Part shown: positions 18,716 through 27,931 of the stretch, piece after piece | Position numbering within the stretch: the first letter of the stretch is position 1 | How the letters are laid out: each line of letters begins with the position of its first letter | Source of the DNA: a virus | Length of the DNA: 64,000 nucleotides | Reading direction: 5' to 3' (one strand) | IMG/VR virus record: IMGVR_UViG_3300028734_000012 | Location: 1-64,000 of that record | Notes under the pieces: generated by a model | The model's input: the letters and a program-made list of their open reading frames with translations, nothing else | Database searches by the model: none | Told to the model about the DNA's origin: nothing | Translations under genes and position numbers: made by a program

Positions 18716-19537
18716 TTAAGCAACTCGCTGTTGGCATAAAGCACTGTGATTGGCATATTTTTTAAAAATTTCAATTAATTTACTTTGTACCTTTTCCAGT
18801 GCTTTATCCGATGTTCTGTAATCAGTGAAAGGCTTTTTCAAAAGATTGTTAATAATTAAGTCAATCATTTCTGTCCACATACAAGTTAAGTTGAAATATT
18901 GATTAGGTGTAACAAACTTTGAAATTCTAAATTCAATACGGTCGTCATGTGTTAGATTAATCCATGATTTGTGAGTATTATATGTGCTATACATATTAGC
19001 GTAATTAGTAAAATACCTACCACATACACGGATAGTATCGTCAGTGTGAAGTTTCATATAATTTCCCAAACGGTCAAATATTATATTGCCGCAACTTCTA
19101 AGAAAATCCATCGTATGTATATTGATATAGCTAGTATCGCCTATGTTAATATGTTGACCACATTTTGGGCTAGTAAAATTCACATTTTTAATAACCATTT
19201 TGAACAGTTTTCTAAGTCCTCTCATACTATTATATATAGGAGTTTTAAATTCTATCCCCGTCGGTGGCAATGAGCCATCTTTTGTTGGGATAAATTGATA
19301 CTTAGAATTGATTAGAACCCTTTTCTTTTGTGGGCTACGTGGTATACATTCTAACTCAAACCCATATGTCTTATGGTTTTTTGTTGCCTTATGCACTTTA
19401 GTTTCATTTTTAGTATAGTATCCTTTTGTCCTATCACAAGATGGGCAGATGTAGGCATTTTTTTGTCCTACTTTTCTGGCATCACATCTTTGTACCATTA
19501 CACCGCAATTTTGGCATTTTAAAATTCTTCTTGTCAT
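18716..19537 (-). CDS. putative amidoligase subtype B with Zn-ribbon
   Basis: YGFELEC, DGSL, EFKTP, CGQHINIG, EFRISKF. Confidence 0.8.
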   Translation of the reverse strand: MTRRILKCQNCGVMVQRCDARKVGQKNAYICPSCDRTKGYYTKNETKVHKATKNHKTYGFELECIPRSPQKKRVLINSKYQFIPTKDGSLPPTGIEFKTPIYNSMRGLRKLFKMVIKNVNFTSPKCGQHINIGDTSYINIHTMDFLRSCGNIIFDRLGNYMKLHTDDTIRVCGRYFTNYANMYSTYNTHKSWINLTHDDRIEFRISKFVTPNQYFNLTCMWTEMIDLIINNLLKKPFTDYRTSDKALEKVQSKLIEIFKKYANHSALCQQRVA

Positions 19538-19575
19538 TTCTTGTTCTCCTTCTATTATAAACAGTCGTTGGTACT

Positions 19576-19698
19576 ATTATAGTTTCTAATTGTTTATTTG
19601 TCAAGTAATATTAAATATTAGATATTACATATTTGTTACCATATTAAAATAAATAATATTTCAATTTACTTGACAAATTATCCTTATACTATTATAAT
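19576..19698. promoter_or_regulatory. divergent SigA promoters at the strand switch
   Basis: TTGACA-N17-TATAAT at 19604-19576 (-) and 19670-19698 (+). Confidence 0.85.
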
Positions 19699-19731
19699 AA
19701 GGGTCAAACAAAAAAAAGGAGTATATAAAAA

Positions 19732-19944
19732 ATGAATTTAAGTAGAGGTCAAGTTGTTTACCTTAAACCTTATCATTGTTTATTAGATTTAGTACAAGCA
19801 CACGGAATGAATAAAGATACATATGAGCAATACGATAATAAGAAACTATATGTAACGGTTTATAATGATAAAGAATTTTGTATAACTAGTTCATCCTATA
19901 TATATAGTATATCGGCTATTGACCGTAATAGAAAGGGAATTTAA
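19732..19944 (+). CDS. LKPxxCL-family small protein
   Basis: VVYLKPYHCLL...AIDRNRK. Confidence 0.75.
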   Translation: MNLSRGQVVYLKPYHCLLDLVQAHGMNKDTYEQYDNKKLYVTVYNDKEFCITSSSYIYSISAIDRNRKGI

Positions 19945-19945
19945 A

Positions 19946-20158
19946 ATGAAGTTAAGAGATGGTAGTTTAGTATATCTTAAACCTTATAATTGTTTATTAA
20001 GGAAAGAATGCCTTGATGGTAAAGATAAAGAGGATTACAGTATGTTGATTCCTTCCAAACAAAGAATATATGAACATTTCGATGATTCAATACGGTTTGA
20101 AAGATATGGTTGGTATTATGGCGATATGGTAGTTGATATGAATAGGAAGGCAAAATAA
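19946..20158 (+). CDS. LKPxxCL-family small protein
   Basis: LVYLKPYNCLL...VDMNRK; ATG behind RBS. Confidence 0.75.
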   Translation: MKLRDGSLVYLKPYNCLLRKECLDGKDKEDYSMLIPSKQRIYEHFDDSIRFERYGWYYGDMVVDMNRKAK

Positions 20159-20565
20159 TGGATTTTTATTTACAGCAACACAATTGTACTCAACGGCTTA
20201 TAGATGAATGGGTAAAGTATCATGGATTAATCATTGCGCTTGATTTTGATAATACTATATTTGATTATCACAGCGACGGTCAAACATTTGACCAAATTAT
20301 TTCTCTTATAAAAGAATGTAAAAAATACGGATGTAAGGTTGTAATATTTGCGGCAAGAGAAGAAGAGGATTATGATTTTATCAGAAACCATTGTAAGTCA
20401 ATCGGTATCGATATTGATGGCATAAATGAGAACATGCCTTACTTACCTTATAAGACACGTAAGATATACTATAATGTATTGCTTGACGATAGGGCAGGAC
20501 TTAAATCGGCATTTGAATCATTATCGGTTGCGTTATATTATATAAAGGAAAAAATTAGAAAATAA
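20158..20565 (+). CDS. HAD-superfamily hydrolase (minimal, capless)
   Basis: IIALDFDNTI, AARE, K, LLDDRAG motifs. Confidence 0.8.
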   Translation: MDFYLQQHNCTQRLIDEWVKYHGLIIALDFDNTIFDYHSDGQTFDQIISLIKECKKYGCKVVIFAAREEEDYDFIRNHCKSIGIDIDGINENMPYLPYKTRKIYYNVLLDDRAGLKSAFESLSVALYYIKEKIRK

Positions 20566-20650
20566 ATTCTCAATTTACTTGACAAATTAGAATTACAGTG
20601 GTATTATATAAACAACAAATAAACAAGAGAAACAAAAGAAAGGAGAACAG

Positions 20651-22984
20651 ATGAGTTTAGATTTTAAAGTTGGGGATAAAGCAAGAGTAGTTATAGGTAC
20701 TCACTTTGATTTCGGTGAAATTGTTACCATTGATAGTGTTGATAAAATGGATGTTAATTATCCTTATCATTGTGATAGTAACTGCGGAATGAGTTGGTGG
20801 GTTAAGGCTGATGAAATTGAAAAAATCGCAACATCTACTAAACCAAAATTGTTTAAAGTTGGGGATAAAGCAAGAGTAGTTATAGATACTCACTTTAACT
20901 TTGGTGCAGTTGTTACTATTGATACTGTTAACAAGGGTGGTTTTTATTATCCGTACCGTTGTGTCGATGATTCTGGCACATGTGAATGGATTCAAGCTGA
21001 TGAAATCGAAGCCGTTGCTGAATCAAAACTGTTCAAAGTTGGTGACAAAATTCGGATTCGTTCTTGGGAATCAATGGAGAAAGAATTTGGATTTGATGGG
21101 AAAATAATCAAATGTAAGTGTGGATTTACCTCTAATATGAAAACATTATGTGGACATACCGCTTACATTAAATCGTTAGATGAATGGACAACAAACGTTG
21201 TATCCCTTGAAAGATGGGATTCGGGGCTTGATACTTGTTATTCGTTTTCGACAGATATGATTGAACATGTTTGCGAAGAAGAAGACAATAAAAAGGAAGT
21301 GAAAGACACGGATAGGCAATTTAAAATTGGCGATAGAGTTAGATTAACGCGTGATTTTCAACATGCTGAAAAAGGTGCAATTGGAATTATTAAGTCACTT
21401 AGTAATCCTAGAGTTGGAGTAGAGTTTGAAGATTTTAGTGAAGGTCATTCATGTGATGGTAATTGTAAAAGTGGGAGTGGTTATTGGGTAGATACGACTG
21501 CTCTTGAAATTGTTCCATCTTCTAACAGCAAATTTTACGATTACTTAATGACCTATTCAGAAGCTAATTTGGAGAAATTCATTAGCTATCTCTACAGTAA
21601 CTCTGTATCATTCTTAGAGCATTATCATACTAAAGAGAAAATTGCTAATGCGATTGATACTTGGGTAAGGTCTTCATCAAATGTTCAACCACGTAAGGCA
21701 ATCTTAAACGAGATGTGTAAGCACGTTGGTATCCGCGACGGTTACAGAACTAATATGTTAGCGGAAGTTGACAAAATTGCGAAAAGTTCATCTCATAGTT
21801 GTTTTTATGATTTTCTTTTAACGCTATCACATGATAAGTTAATAGGGATTTATGCCTATCTTGATGAGTATGAATTTTTGGTTGATGTTACCAGAGTTGG
21901 TAGCGAATTAACAGATTACGCAACGGTACTTGATGAATGGTGTAATTGCAACGACGAAACAGATATTGATGAAGTTAAACACATTTTTAAGATGGCATTA
22001 AAAGAAAATGGTTTATCAGATTTTAACGACAAAGCTATGTCGGCAATTAATAAGAACTTTGGTATTACTGATGCCAAAAAAAGTTCAACTGATGATATTG
22101 GTTCGCTTGCTGTTACAACAAGCACAAACGATAAAACAAAATTTAAAGAAAAGAAAGAGGACACAAACATGTTTAATACTACAAACTTAATGGAGAACTT
22201 CATGCCATCCTTCGCAACTGGTGACAAATTTGCATTCACAATGGGCGGAAAAACAGCCGTAAAACGTGCAAATGGCGAATACGTCGTTTACAACTTCGAG
22301 ACCGAAACAATCGAAAATCAAGCTGATTTCGTTCTCAAAGATGAGGATTTTTCCAAAATGTTCATCTTAATGCCAACCTTGGGTAGCAAATTGGTCGCAG
22401 GAGATTTAATCAACAACAAGGAAACGTTCTACACTGTTCTCGGACAGAGCAGAGGTAAAATTTCTACTGTGAACATGAACACAAGCGCAAACAGTTCTAT
22501 TTCCAAAGAAACCAATATCATCTTTGGCGAAAAGATGTACAAGAAAGTGGTATCTTTGTTCAACATGAACGGCACAGCAGACAGCGCATTCGGTGGCGGT
22601 GCAACTGGTGGCATGAATCCTATGATGATGGCTATGATGATGGGTAAAGGCGACGGCGACGGAGACAGCATGATGAAAAACGTAATGCTTATGCAGATGA
22701 TGGGTGGTGGCATGGGTGGTGCAACTGGTGCTATGAATCCTATGGTGATGGCAATGATGATGAGTGGAAAAGATGGCGGTTCAAGTGACAGCATGATGAA
22801 AATGCTTATGATGACTTCCATGATGGGCGGCGGTGCTAATCCATTTGCCGCTATGATGGGTGGAGCAACTACCCCTGTTGTTGCCCCTGTTAAATCGACA
22901 GTTAAATCCCCTAAGAAAATTACGCAGAAGACGGACAAAGCGGCTACAGAAAAGGTAACTACCCCAATTGCAGAAAAAGCTTAA
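20651..22984 (+). CDS. multidomain protein: four FKVGD SH3/KOW-like repeats plus Met/Gly-rich C-terminal domain
   Basis: Internal repeats, MNPMMM tracts, internal RBS+ATG at 22169. Confidence 0.8.
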   Translation: MSLDFKVGDKARVVIGTHFDFGEIVTIDSVDKMDVNYPYHCDSNCGMSWWVKADEIEKIATSTKPKLFKVGDKARVVIDTHFNFGAVVTIDTVNKGGFYYPYRCVDDSGTCEWIQADEIEAVAESKLFKVGDKIRIRSWESMEKEFGFDGKIIKCKCGFTSNMKTLCGHTAYIKSLDEWTTNVVSLERWDSGLDTCYSFSTDMIEHVCEEEDNKKEVKDTDRQFKIGDRVRLTRDFQHAEKGAIGIIKSLSNPRVGVEFEDFSEGHSCDGNCKSGSGYWVDTTALEIVPSSNSKFYDYLMTYSEANLEKFISYLYSNSVSFLEHYHTKEKIANAIDTWVRSSSNVQPRKAILNEMCKHVGIRDGYRTNMLAEVDKIAKSSSHSCFYDFLLTLSHDKLIGIYAYLDEYEFLVDVTRVGSELTDYATVLDEWCNCNDETDIDEVKHIFKMALKENGLSDFNDKAMSAINKNFGITDAKKSSTDDIGSLAVTTSTNDKTKFKEKKEDTNMFNTTNLMENFMPSFATGDKFAFTMGGKTAVKRANGEYVVYNFETETIENQADFVLKDEDFSKMFILMPTLGSKLVAGDLINNKETFYTVLGQSRGKISTVNMNTSANSSISKETNIIFGEKMYKKVVSLFNMNGTADSAFGGGATGGMNPMMMAMMMGKGDGDGDSMMKNVMLMQMMGGGMGGATGAMNPMVMAMMMSGKDGGSSDSMMKMLMMTSMMGGGANPFAAMMGGATTPVVAPVKSTVKSPKKITQKTDKAATEKVTTPIAEKA

Positions 22985-23152
22985 TTAATATATTAACACG
23001 GTATAGTCGATTGATTATATCGTGTTAATTTTTAGAATTGTGTTTCATATTATAATATTAATATAAATAAATAAAAATTAATTTTGTATTTTACTTGACA
23101 AAATAATAAGACTGTGGTATTATATAAACAACAAATAAAGAAAGGAAATCAC

Positions 23153-23425
23153 ATGAAAAGAGCAACTATAGTTAAAACGGTAATTTGGGCTTTTATCTTC
23201 CTTATCATTGGTTTGGTAACGCGAGTATGTGGTGCTATTATTAGTAATAATGTAGCAATGACACAAATGCAAATCAATGATGAATCTTATGCAATCTCGC
23301 AGTTGTATAACAATGTCACATTCTACGCACCGTACATATTGGCACTAATTTGTTTGGCAACCTATACTAAGGAAATCAAAATCTTAATTAAATTTATAAG
23401 GAGTAAACTGAATGAAAACAATTAA
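23153..23425 (+). CDS. two-TM membrane protein, likely partner of SPFH
   Basis: Two hydrophobic segments, overlaps the SPFH start. Confidence 0.7.
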   Translation: MKRATIVKTVIWAFIFLIIGLVTRVCGAIISNNVAMTQMQINDESYAISQLYNNVTFYAPYILALICLATYTKEIKILIKFIRSKLNENN

Positions 23426-24359
23426 AAAAATCCTACTATCCTTCTTTGTTGTGGCACTGATGGTGCTAAGTTTTACGGGCTGTATGAAGCCGTATGAGAA
23501 ACCAGAAATCAAAACCATTGAAGCATCACAGACCGCCTTTCTGATTCCGCTTGTTGGTGATACGGCAAATCAAGCAACCTTTTCAAGTGAAAAAATGCTT
23601 GAAACTGCCAAAGTAGCGGCAAAAGAAATTACAATTCCTCACCGTTGGGTACAAACAGGCAGAATGCCAAATGACGGAGAGTGGAGAGCATCATCTCGTC
23701 TAATCGTTGTAGAACGTAAGCCAGAGACACGCGAATGGACAAATACCGCTGAAACTGGAACTACAAATAAAAATCAAGCTATTTCAGCCGAAAGTAAAGA
23801 ATCTATTGGGTTTAGTGTTGGTATGAACTGTTCGGCACAGATTGATGAACCAGATGCGGTTAAATTCCTATATAGATACAATAACAAGCCGCTTGCTGAA
23901 ATCATGGACACTGAAATTCGAGCAAGAGTTGAATCAGACTTTGTTGACCAGTGTTCTAAATTCGCCCTCACAGACCTTCTATTAAATAAAGAGAAGATTA
24001 TGACCGTCGTTCGTGATGATGTTACTACATATTTTAAAGACCGCGGCATCACGATTAATGTTATTGGTATGAAAGACGGTATTGAGTATGATTCAAAATC
24101 TATTCAAGAATCAATTGATTTAAAATTCTCGTCAGAGCAAAAAGTCGTCAGCCAGATGAATTAAAACGACCGTGTAATTTCCGAAGCTAAAGCAAAAGCC
24201 GAAGCTAATAATATTATTACTAATTCTATCACAGATAAGTTAATTCAGCAACAAGTTATTGAAAAATGGAACGGCACACTTCCTACTGTTACGGCAGGAA
24301 GTAGCGGAAATGTATTATTCTCCGTTGGTGGAGCAAATGCGGCTACAACTACTAAATAA
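23412..24359 (+). pseudogene. SPFH/band-7 lipoprotein with in-frame TAA at 24162-24164
   Basis: Lipobox FTGC, SPFH core; frame continues for 64 aa with AEAN and IEKWNGTLP. Confidence 0.85.
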
Positions 24360-24369
24360 TTAAAACACC

Positions 24370-24408
24370 AGAACCGAACGTTATTTTAAACGTTCGGTTC
24401 TTTTTTTT
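24370..24408 (+). terminator. Rho-independent terminator (representative)
   Basis: AGAACCGAACGTT/AACGTTCGGTTCT stem plus T run. Confidence 0.85.
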
Positions 24409-24554
24409 ATATACTTATTTTTATATTATAATATGAATTGGAAATAGAATTTTCATATTGCAATATAAAAGTTAGATTTTATTTCTCAATTTACTTGACA
24501 AATAAAGAATAAAAGACTATAATATATATAGAATAATAAAGGGGATGTATAGTT

Positions 24555-24872
24555 TTGAATAATTTTTGTGAGGGGCAGATATTTTATCTAAAGCCATTAG
24601 GATGTGTTTTGGGTAATAAAATAGTTAATAGGTCACAAAGAGTGTATGTTAAATTTTTTGATAATAACCAAATGATAAAAATCACAGGATATAGTGGAGA
24701 TATATTCAATTCAAATGACTTTTTTGATTGTGATGTTATATTAGATGTTTCGGCTATTGATAAAAACAGAAAGGTAAATGATAAAAAATATGTAGCAAAA
24801 AAAAGACTAGGATACGAAGAACATCAAAGATTGAATCATGAAATTGAAGAACAGGATTCATTGTTTTTTTAG
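24555..24872 (+). CDS. LKPxxCL-family small protein
   Basis: IFYLKPLGCV...AIDKNRK. Confidence 0.7.
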   Translation: MNNFCEGQIFYLKPLGCVLGNKIVNRSQRVYVKFFDNNQMIKITGYSGDIFNSNDFFDCDVILDVSAIDKNRKVNDKKYVAKKRLGYEEHQRLNHEIEEQDSLFF

Positions 24873-24950
24873 TTTCTAAATTTACTTGACAAATTAAAAA
24901 ATTGAGTATATAATTAATACATAAAATAAAAAAATAATAGGAGATATATT

Positions 24951-25493
24951 ATGAAAAAATTATTGGTTGTTGTAGATATGCAAAATGACTTTATTGATGG
25001 TTCTCTTGGTACAAAAGAAGCGCAAGCAATCGTACCAAATGTTATTGCAAAGATTAAGGAAACGGAATTGAATGGCGGCTTTGTTGTGTTTACTAGAGAT
25101 ACTCATCTTTCTGATTATCTTAAAAAACAAGAAGGTCAAGTTCTACCAGTCAAGCATTGCATTAAAGATTCACAAGGATGGTTAATACCTACTAATATCA
25201 TTGAATCAAGTCATTCTTTCGGGGAATCAAAAAAACACGTTATTTTTAATAAAGGAACTTTTGGGAGTTCTAAATTAATAGCGTATGTTAATCAAAGCAA
25301 ATATGGAGAAGTTGAACTTGTTGGATTATGTACTGATATTTGCGTTATTTCTAATGCTATTGGTATTAAAATTCTTTCGCCAGAAGTCATAATTACAGTT
25401 GATTCTTCATGTTGCGCAGGAGTTACACCAGAAAGCCATAAGAATGCTTTGAATGTTATGAAGATGTGCCAAATTAATATCATCAATGAATAA
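24951..25493 (+). CDS. pncA: nicotinamidase (isochorismatase family)
   Basis: VVDMQNDF, D-T-H, HC, K, GLCTDICV. Confidence 0.88.
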   Translation: MKKLLVVVDMQNDFIDGSLGTKEAQAIVPNVIAKIKETELNGGFVVFTRDTHLSDYLKKQEGQVLPVKHCIKDSQGWLIPTNIIESSHSFGESKKHVIFNKGTFGSSKLIAYVNQSKYGEVELVGLCTDICVISNAIGIKILSPEVIITVDSSCCAGVTPESHKNALNVMKMCQINIINE

Positions 25494-25507
25494 GTAAGGC
25501 GGTAAAC

Positions 25508-25744
25508 ATGAGTAGAAATACTGGTAGCAAGATTTTCTTTAAGCCAATTAATTGTTTGATATCTAAAGCCCCTTTAGAAGATATTGGTAGACGTCAATAT
25601 GATGCATGTTTAGATATGCGTTTAACTGTAGCGGGTGAAGATGCAAATGACCCATACACAAAGATACGGTATCAAGAAGCTGATGGTTATGAGGACACGC
25701 TTTGGATTAAAAACGAAGCACTTGATTACAATCGAATAATTTAA
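25508..25744 (+). CDS. LKPxxCL-family small protein
   Basis: IFFKPINCL...ALDYNR. Confidence 0.65.
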   Translation: MSRNTGSKIFFKPINCLISKAPLEDIGRRQYDACLDMRLTVAGEDANDPYTKIRYQEADGYEDTLWIKNEALDYNRII

Positions 25745-25820
25745 TTCCATTATTTACTTGACAAATACCATAAAATATGGTAAGATATAATCATAAAGAA
25801 AAGAAATTGAGGTAAAAAAA

Positions 25821-26642
25821 ATGAGCGTATTACTTAATGGCAAAATGATTGGCAACAGATGTTATCCGAACAATGAGCGCATTTTTGATAAAAAGGACAC
25901 AGGAATCGGCAAGTTTAACATTATCACTTTGAATTACGAAACAGACATTGATATTACTATCTTGTCTATTATCGTAAGATTTCTAAGGGATGAATATCCG
26001 CAATCATTTAATCGCCTTATCATGAGGTATATCCCATATGAGCGTATGGACAGAAAAATCGGTGGGTACATTTTTAGCTTAAAGTATTTCTGCCAAATGA
26101 TTAACGAACTTCATTTCGATGAAGTCTATGTGATGAATGCTCATTCGAGTGTTTCCACGGCATTGCTTGACAGAGTTAAAGAAATGGATATCAGCCAACA
26201 CATCCATGATGTGATTACGCAACAGTCAATTGATTGTCTTTTCTATCCAGACAACGGCGCGCAGAAGAGATATTCTGAATTGTTTACAGAAAACAAAGGT
26301 AGCTACATCAATCGAAAAATCAGTGAACTTCCGCACTTCTTTGGTGATAAGAAAAGAGATTTAGACACAGGACATATCTTGTATTATAATCTAATTGAAG
26401 CACCAGACTTGACGGATAAGAACGTTCTTATCGTTGATGACCTTTGTAGTATGGGTTATACCTTTCTTATGGCGGCAAAGTCGCTCAAAGAAGCAGGAGC
26501 GAAGACAGTATCGCTCTATGTAAGCCATTGTGAAAATTCAGTCTTCAAGGGCGAATTGCTTACCACTGACTATGTTAACAGAATCTTTACTACATACAGC
26601 CTTTCCCCTTCTTCACATGAAAAAATTACCCTTATGGATTGA
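25821..26642 (+). CDS. prs: ribose-phosphate pyrophosphokinase-like (Prs/Adps-like)
   Basis: YPNNE, YIPYERMDR, HS, PDNGA, K.R, LIVDDLCSMGYTF. Confidence 0.88.
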   Translation: MSVLLNGKMIGNRCYPNNERIFDKKDTGIGKFNIITLNYETDIDITILSIIVRFLRDEYPQSFNRLIMRYIPYERMDRKIGGYIFSLKYFCQMINELHFDEVYVMNAHSSVSTALLDRVKEMDISQHIHDVITQQSIDCLFYPDNGAQKRYSELFTENKGSYINRKISELPHFFGDKKRDLDTGHILYYNLIEAPDLTDKNVLIVDDLCSMGYTFLMAAKSLKEAGAKTVSLYVSHCENSVFKGELLTTDYVNRIFTTYSLSPSSHEKITLMD

Positions 26643-26652
26643 GGTAATTTGA

Positions 26653-26838
26653 ATGGAAACTTTTATGATATACAAGAACGATATTAAGATAGGCATAATG
26701 AGAAGCCCGTTACCGAGAGTTGGAGATTATCTATGTTATGACGATAAAGCGTTTATTGTTAAACAAGTAATCCTTTCTTATGGTGATAAAAAAGTTGATG
26801 GCATTCGTTATCTAAATGCCATTATGGTAAATGTGTAA
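26653..26838 (+). CDS. hypothetical protein
   Basis: ORF, RBS. Confidence 0.65.
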   Translation: METFMIYKNDIKIGIMRSPLPRVGDYLCYDDKAFIVKQVILSYGDKKVDGIRYLNAIMVNV

Positions 26839-26977
26839 AATTAGTAACCGCCTTAATTGGCGGCTATTTTTTTTATGTGTGCTAATTTTCATATTATAAT
26901 ATTAAATAATAATTTATTTTTTAATTTACTTGACAAATATAAATAAACATGTTATTATATAAATAAGAAATGAGGTA

Positions 26978-27283
26978 ATGAATATGGAAGAGATTACTAT
27001 AGAAAAAAGAAAATTAGATTGTTTGCTTAGAAGAGCAAATATTTCTAATAAAGATTTAGATTTTTATTTTAAAGAAATAGACCGTAAGATGAAAGATATA
27101 AAAATAGGAGATAAAGTTTACGAAATTGGAACTTACGGAGATGTTTTTGAAAAAATAGTCATTAGAATTGTTGATAAAGACAACGGCACGATAGAAACAC
27201 AAGAAAGAAGTATTAATAAAACGGAAATAAGGAATATACTTTCGTATTGTGATTGGACTACTGTAAAGAAAATAACATATTAA
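26978..27283 (+). CDS. hypothetical protein
   Basis: ORF, RBS, promoter. Confidence 0.65.
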   Translation: MNMEEITIEKRKLDCLLRRANISNKDLDFYFKEIDRKMKDIKIGDKVYEIGTYGDVFEKIVIRIVDKDNGTIETQERSINKTEIRNILSYCDWTTVKKITY

Positions 27284-27310
27284 TATAAATAAGAAATGGG
27301 GTAGTCATAA

Positions 27311-27844
27311 ATGGAAAAAGTTATATTTAATACTATGTACGTTGATGTAATGATTAAGGTTAATGGTAAAAACGATTGTTTAAGAATCTTTGATAATAGA
27401 CTTGGCAAAAATCCCACCTACATTGAGATACAAGATTTTTTAAGCAACCGAGATGTTAATGAAAATATTACCATTGATTTAACATCAACATTTTGGCATA
27501 CTTTTCATATATATACAAAAGAAACAGATTTTTTCACAGTTGATAATGTGAGTGTACTTCCAAAAAAATTTATGATAGCATTAGAGTTAAAGAAAATTAC
27601 CGAGAAACTATATCAAATAAAATCAGATGGTTGTTTCTCAAAATTTGTATTAGTAGAAAAAAATAATGACGGTGAATTTATTGATACAGAAATTGATTAT
27701 GATTATTGTAAAGTCGTTAATGATACTATGATTTGCATATTTGATGATTCAGAATATGGATACCAATGTGTTTCTGCTATTATCGATTTGTTAACAGAAG
27801 AATGCGTTATGGCTAAACAATTAAAAGAAGAAAATAAAAAATAA
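27311..27844 (+). CDS. hypothetical protein
   Basis: ORF, RBS. Confidence 0.7.
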   Translation: MEKVIFNTMYVDVMIKVNGKNDCLRIFDNRLGKNPTYIEIQDFLSNRDVNENITIDLTSTFWHTFHIYTKETDFFTVDNVSVLPKKFMIALELKKITEKLYQIKSDGCFSKFVLVEKNNDGEFIDTEIDYDYCKVVNDTMICIFDDSEYGYQCVSAIIDLLTEECVMAKQLKEENKK

Positions 27845-27931
27845 TAATTAAATTTCCAATATTTACTTGACAAATGCTATAAAATATGGTATTATATAAA
27901 CATAGAAAAGAAAGAACGAGGTACACAAAAG

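Noticed and set aside
22429-22938. 169-aa Ile/Pro-rich minus-strand ORF
   Set aside because: Antisense shadow of the Met/Gly-rich tract; the same applies to most nested antisense ORFs in the track
24162-24164. Alternative genetic code or stop-codon reassignment
   Set aside because: Only one in-frame stop seen; TAA, TGA and TAG all end ordinary genes and long ORFs are intact in code 11
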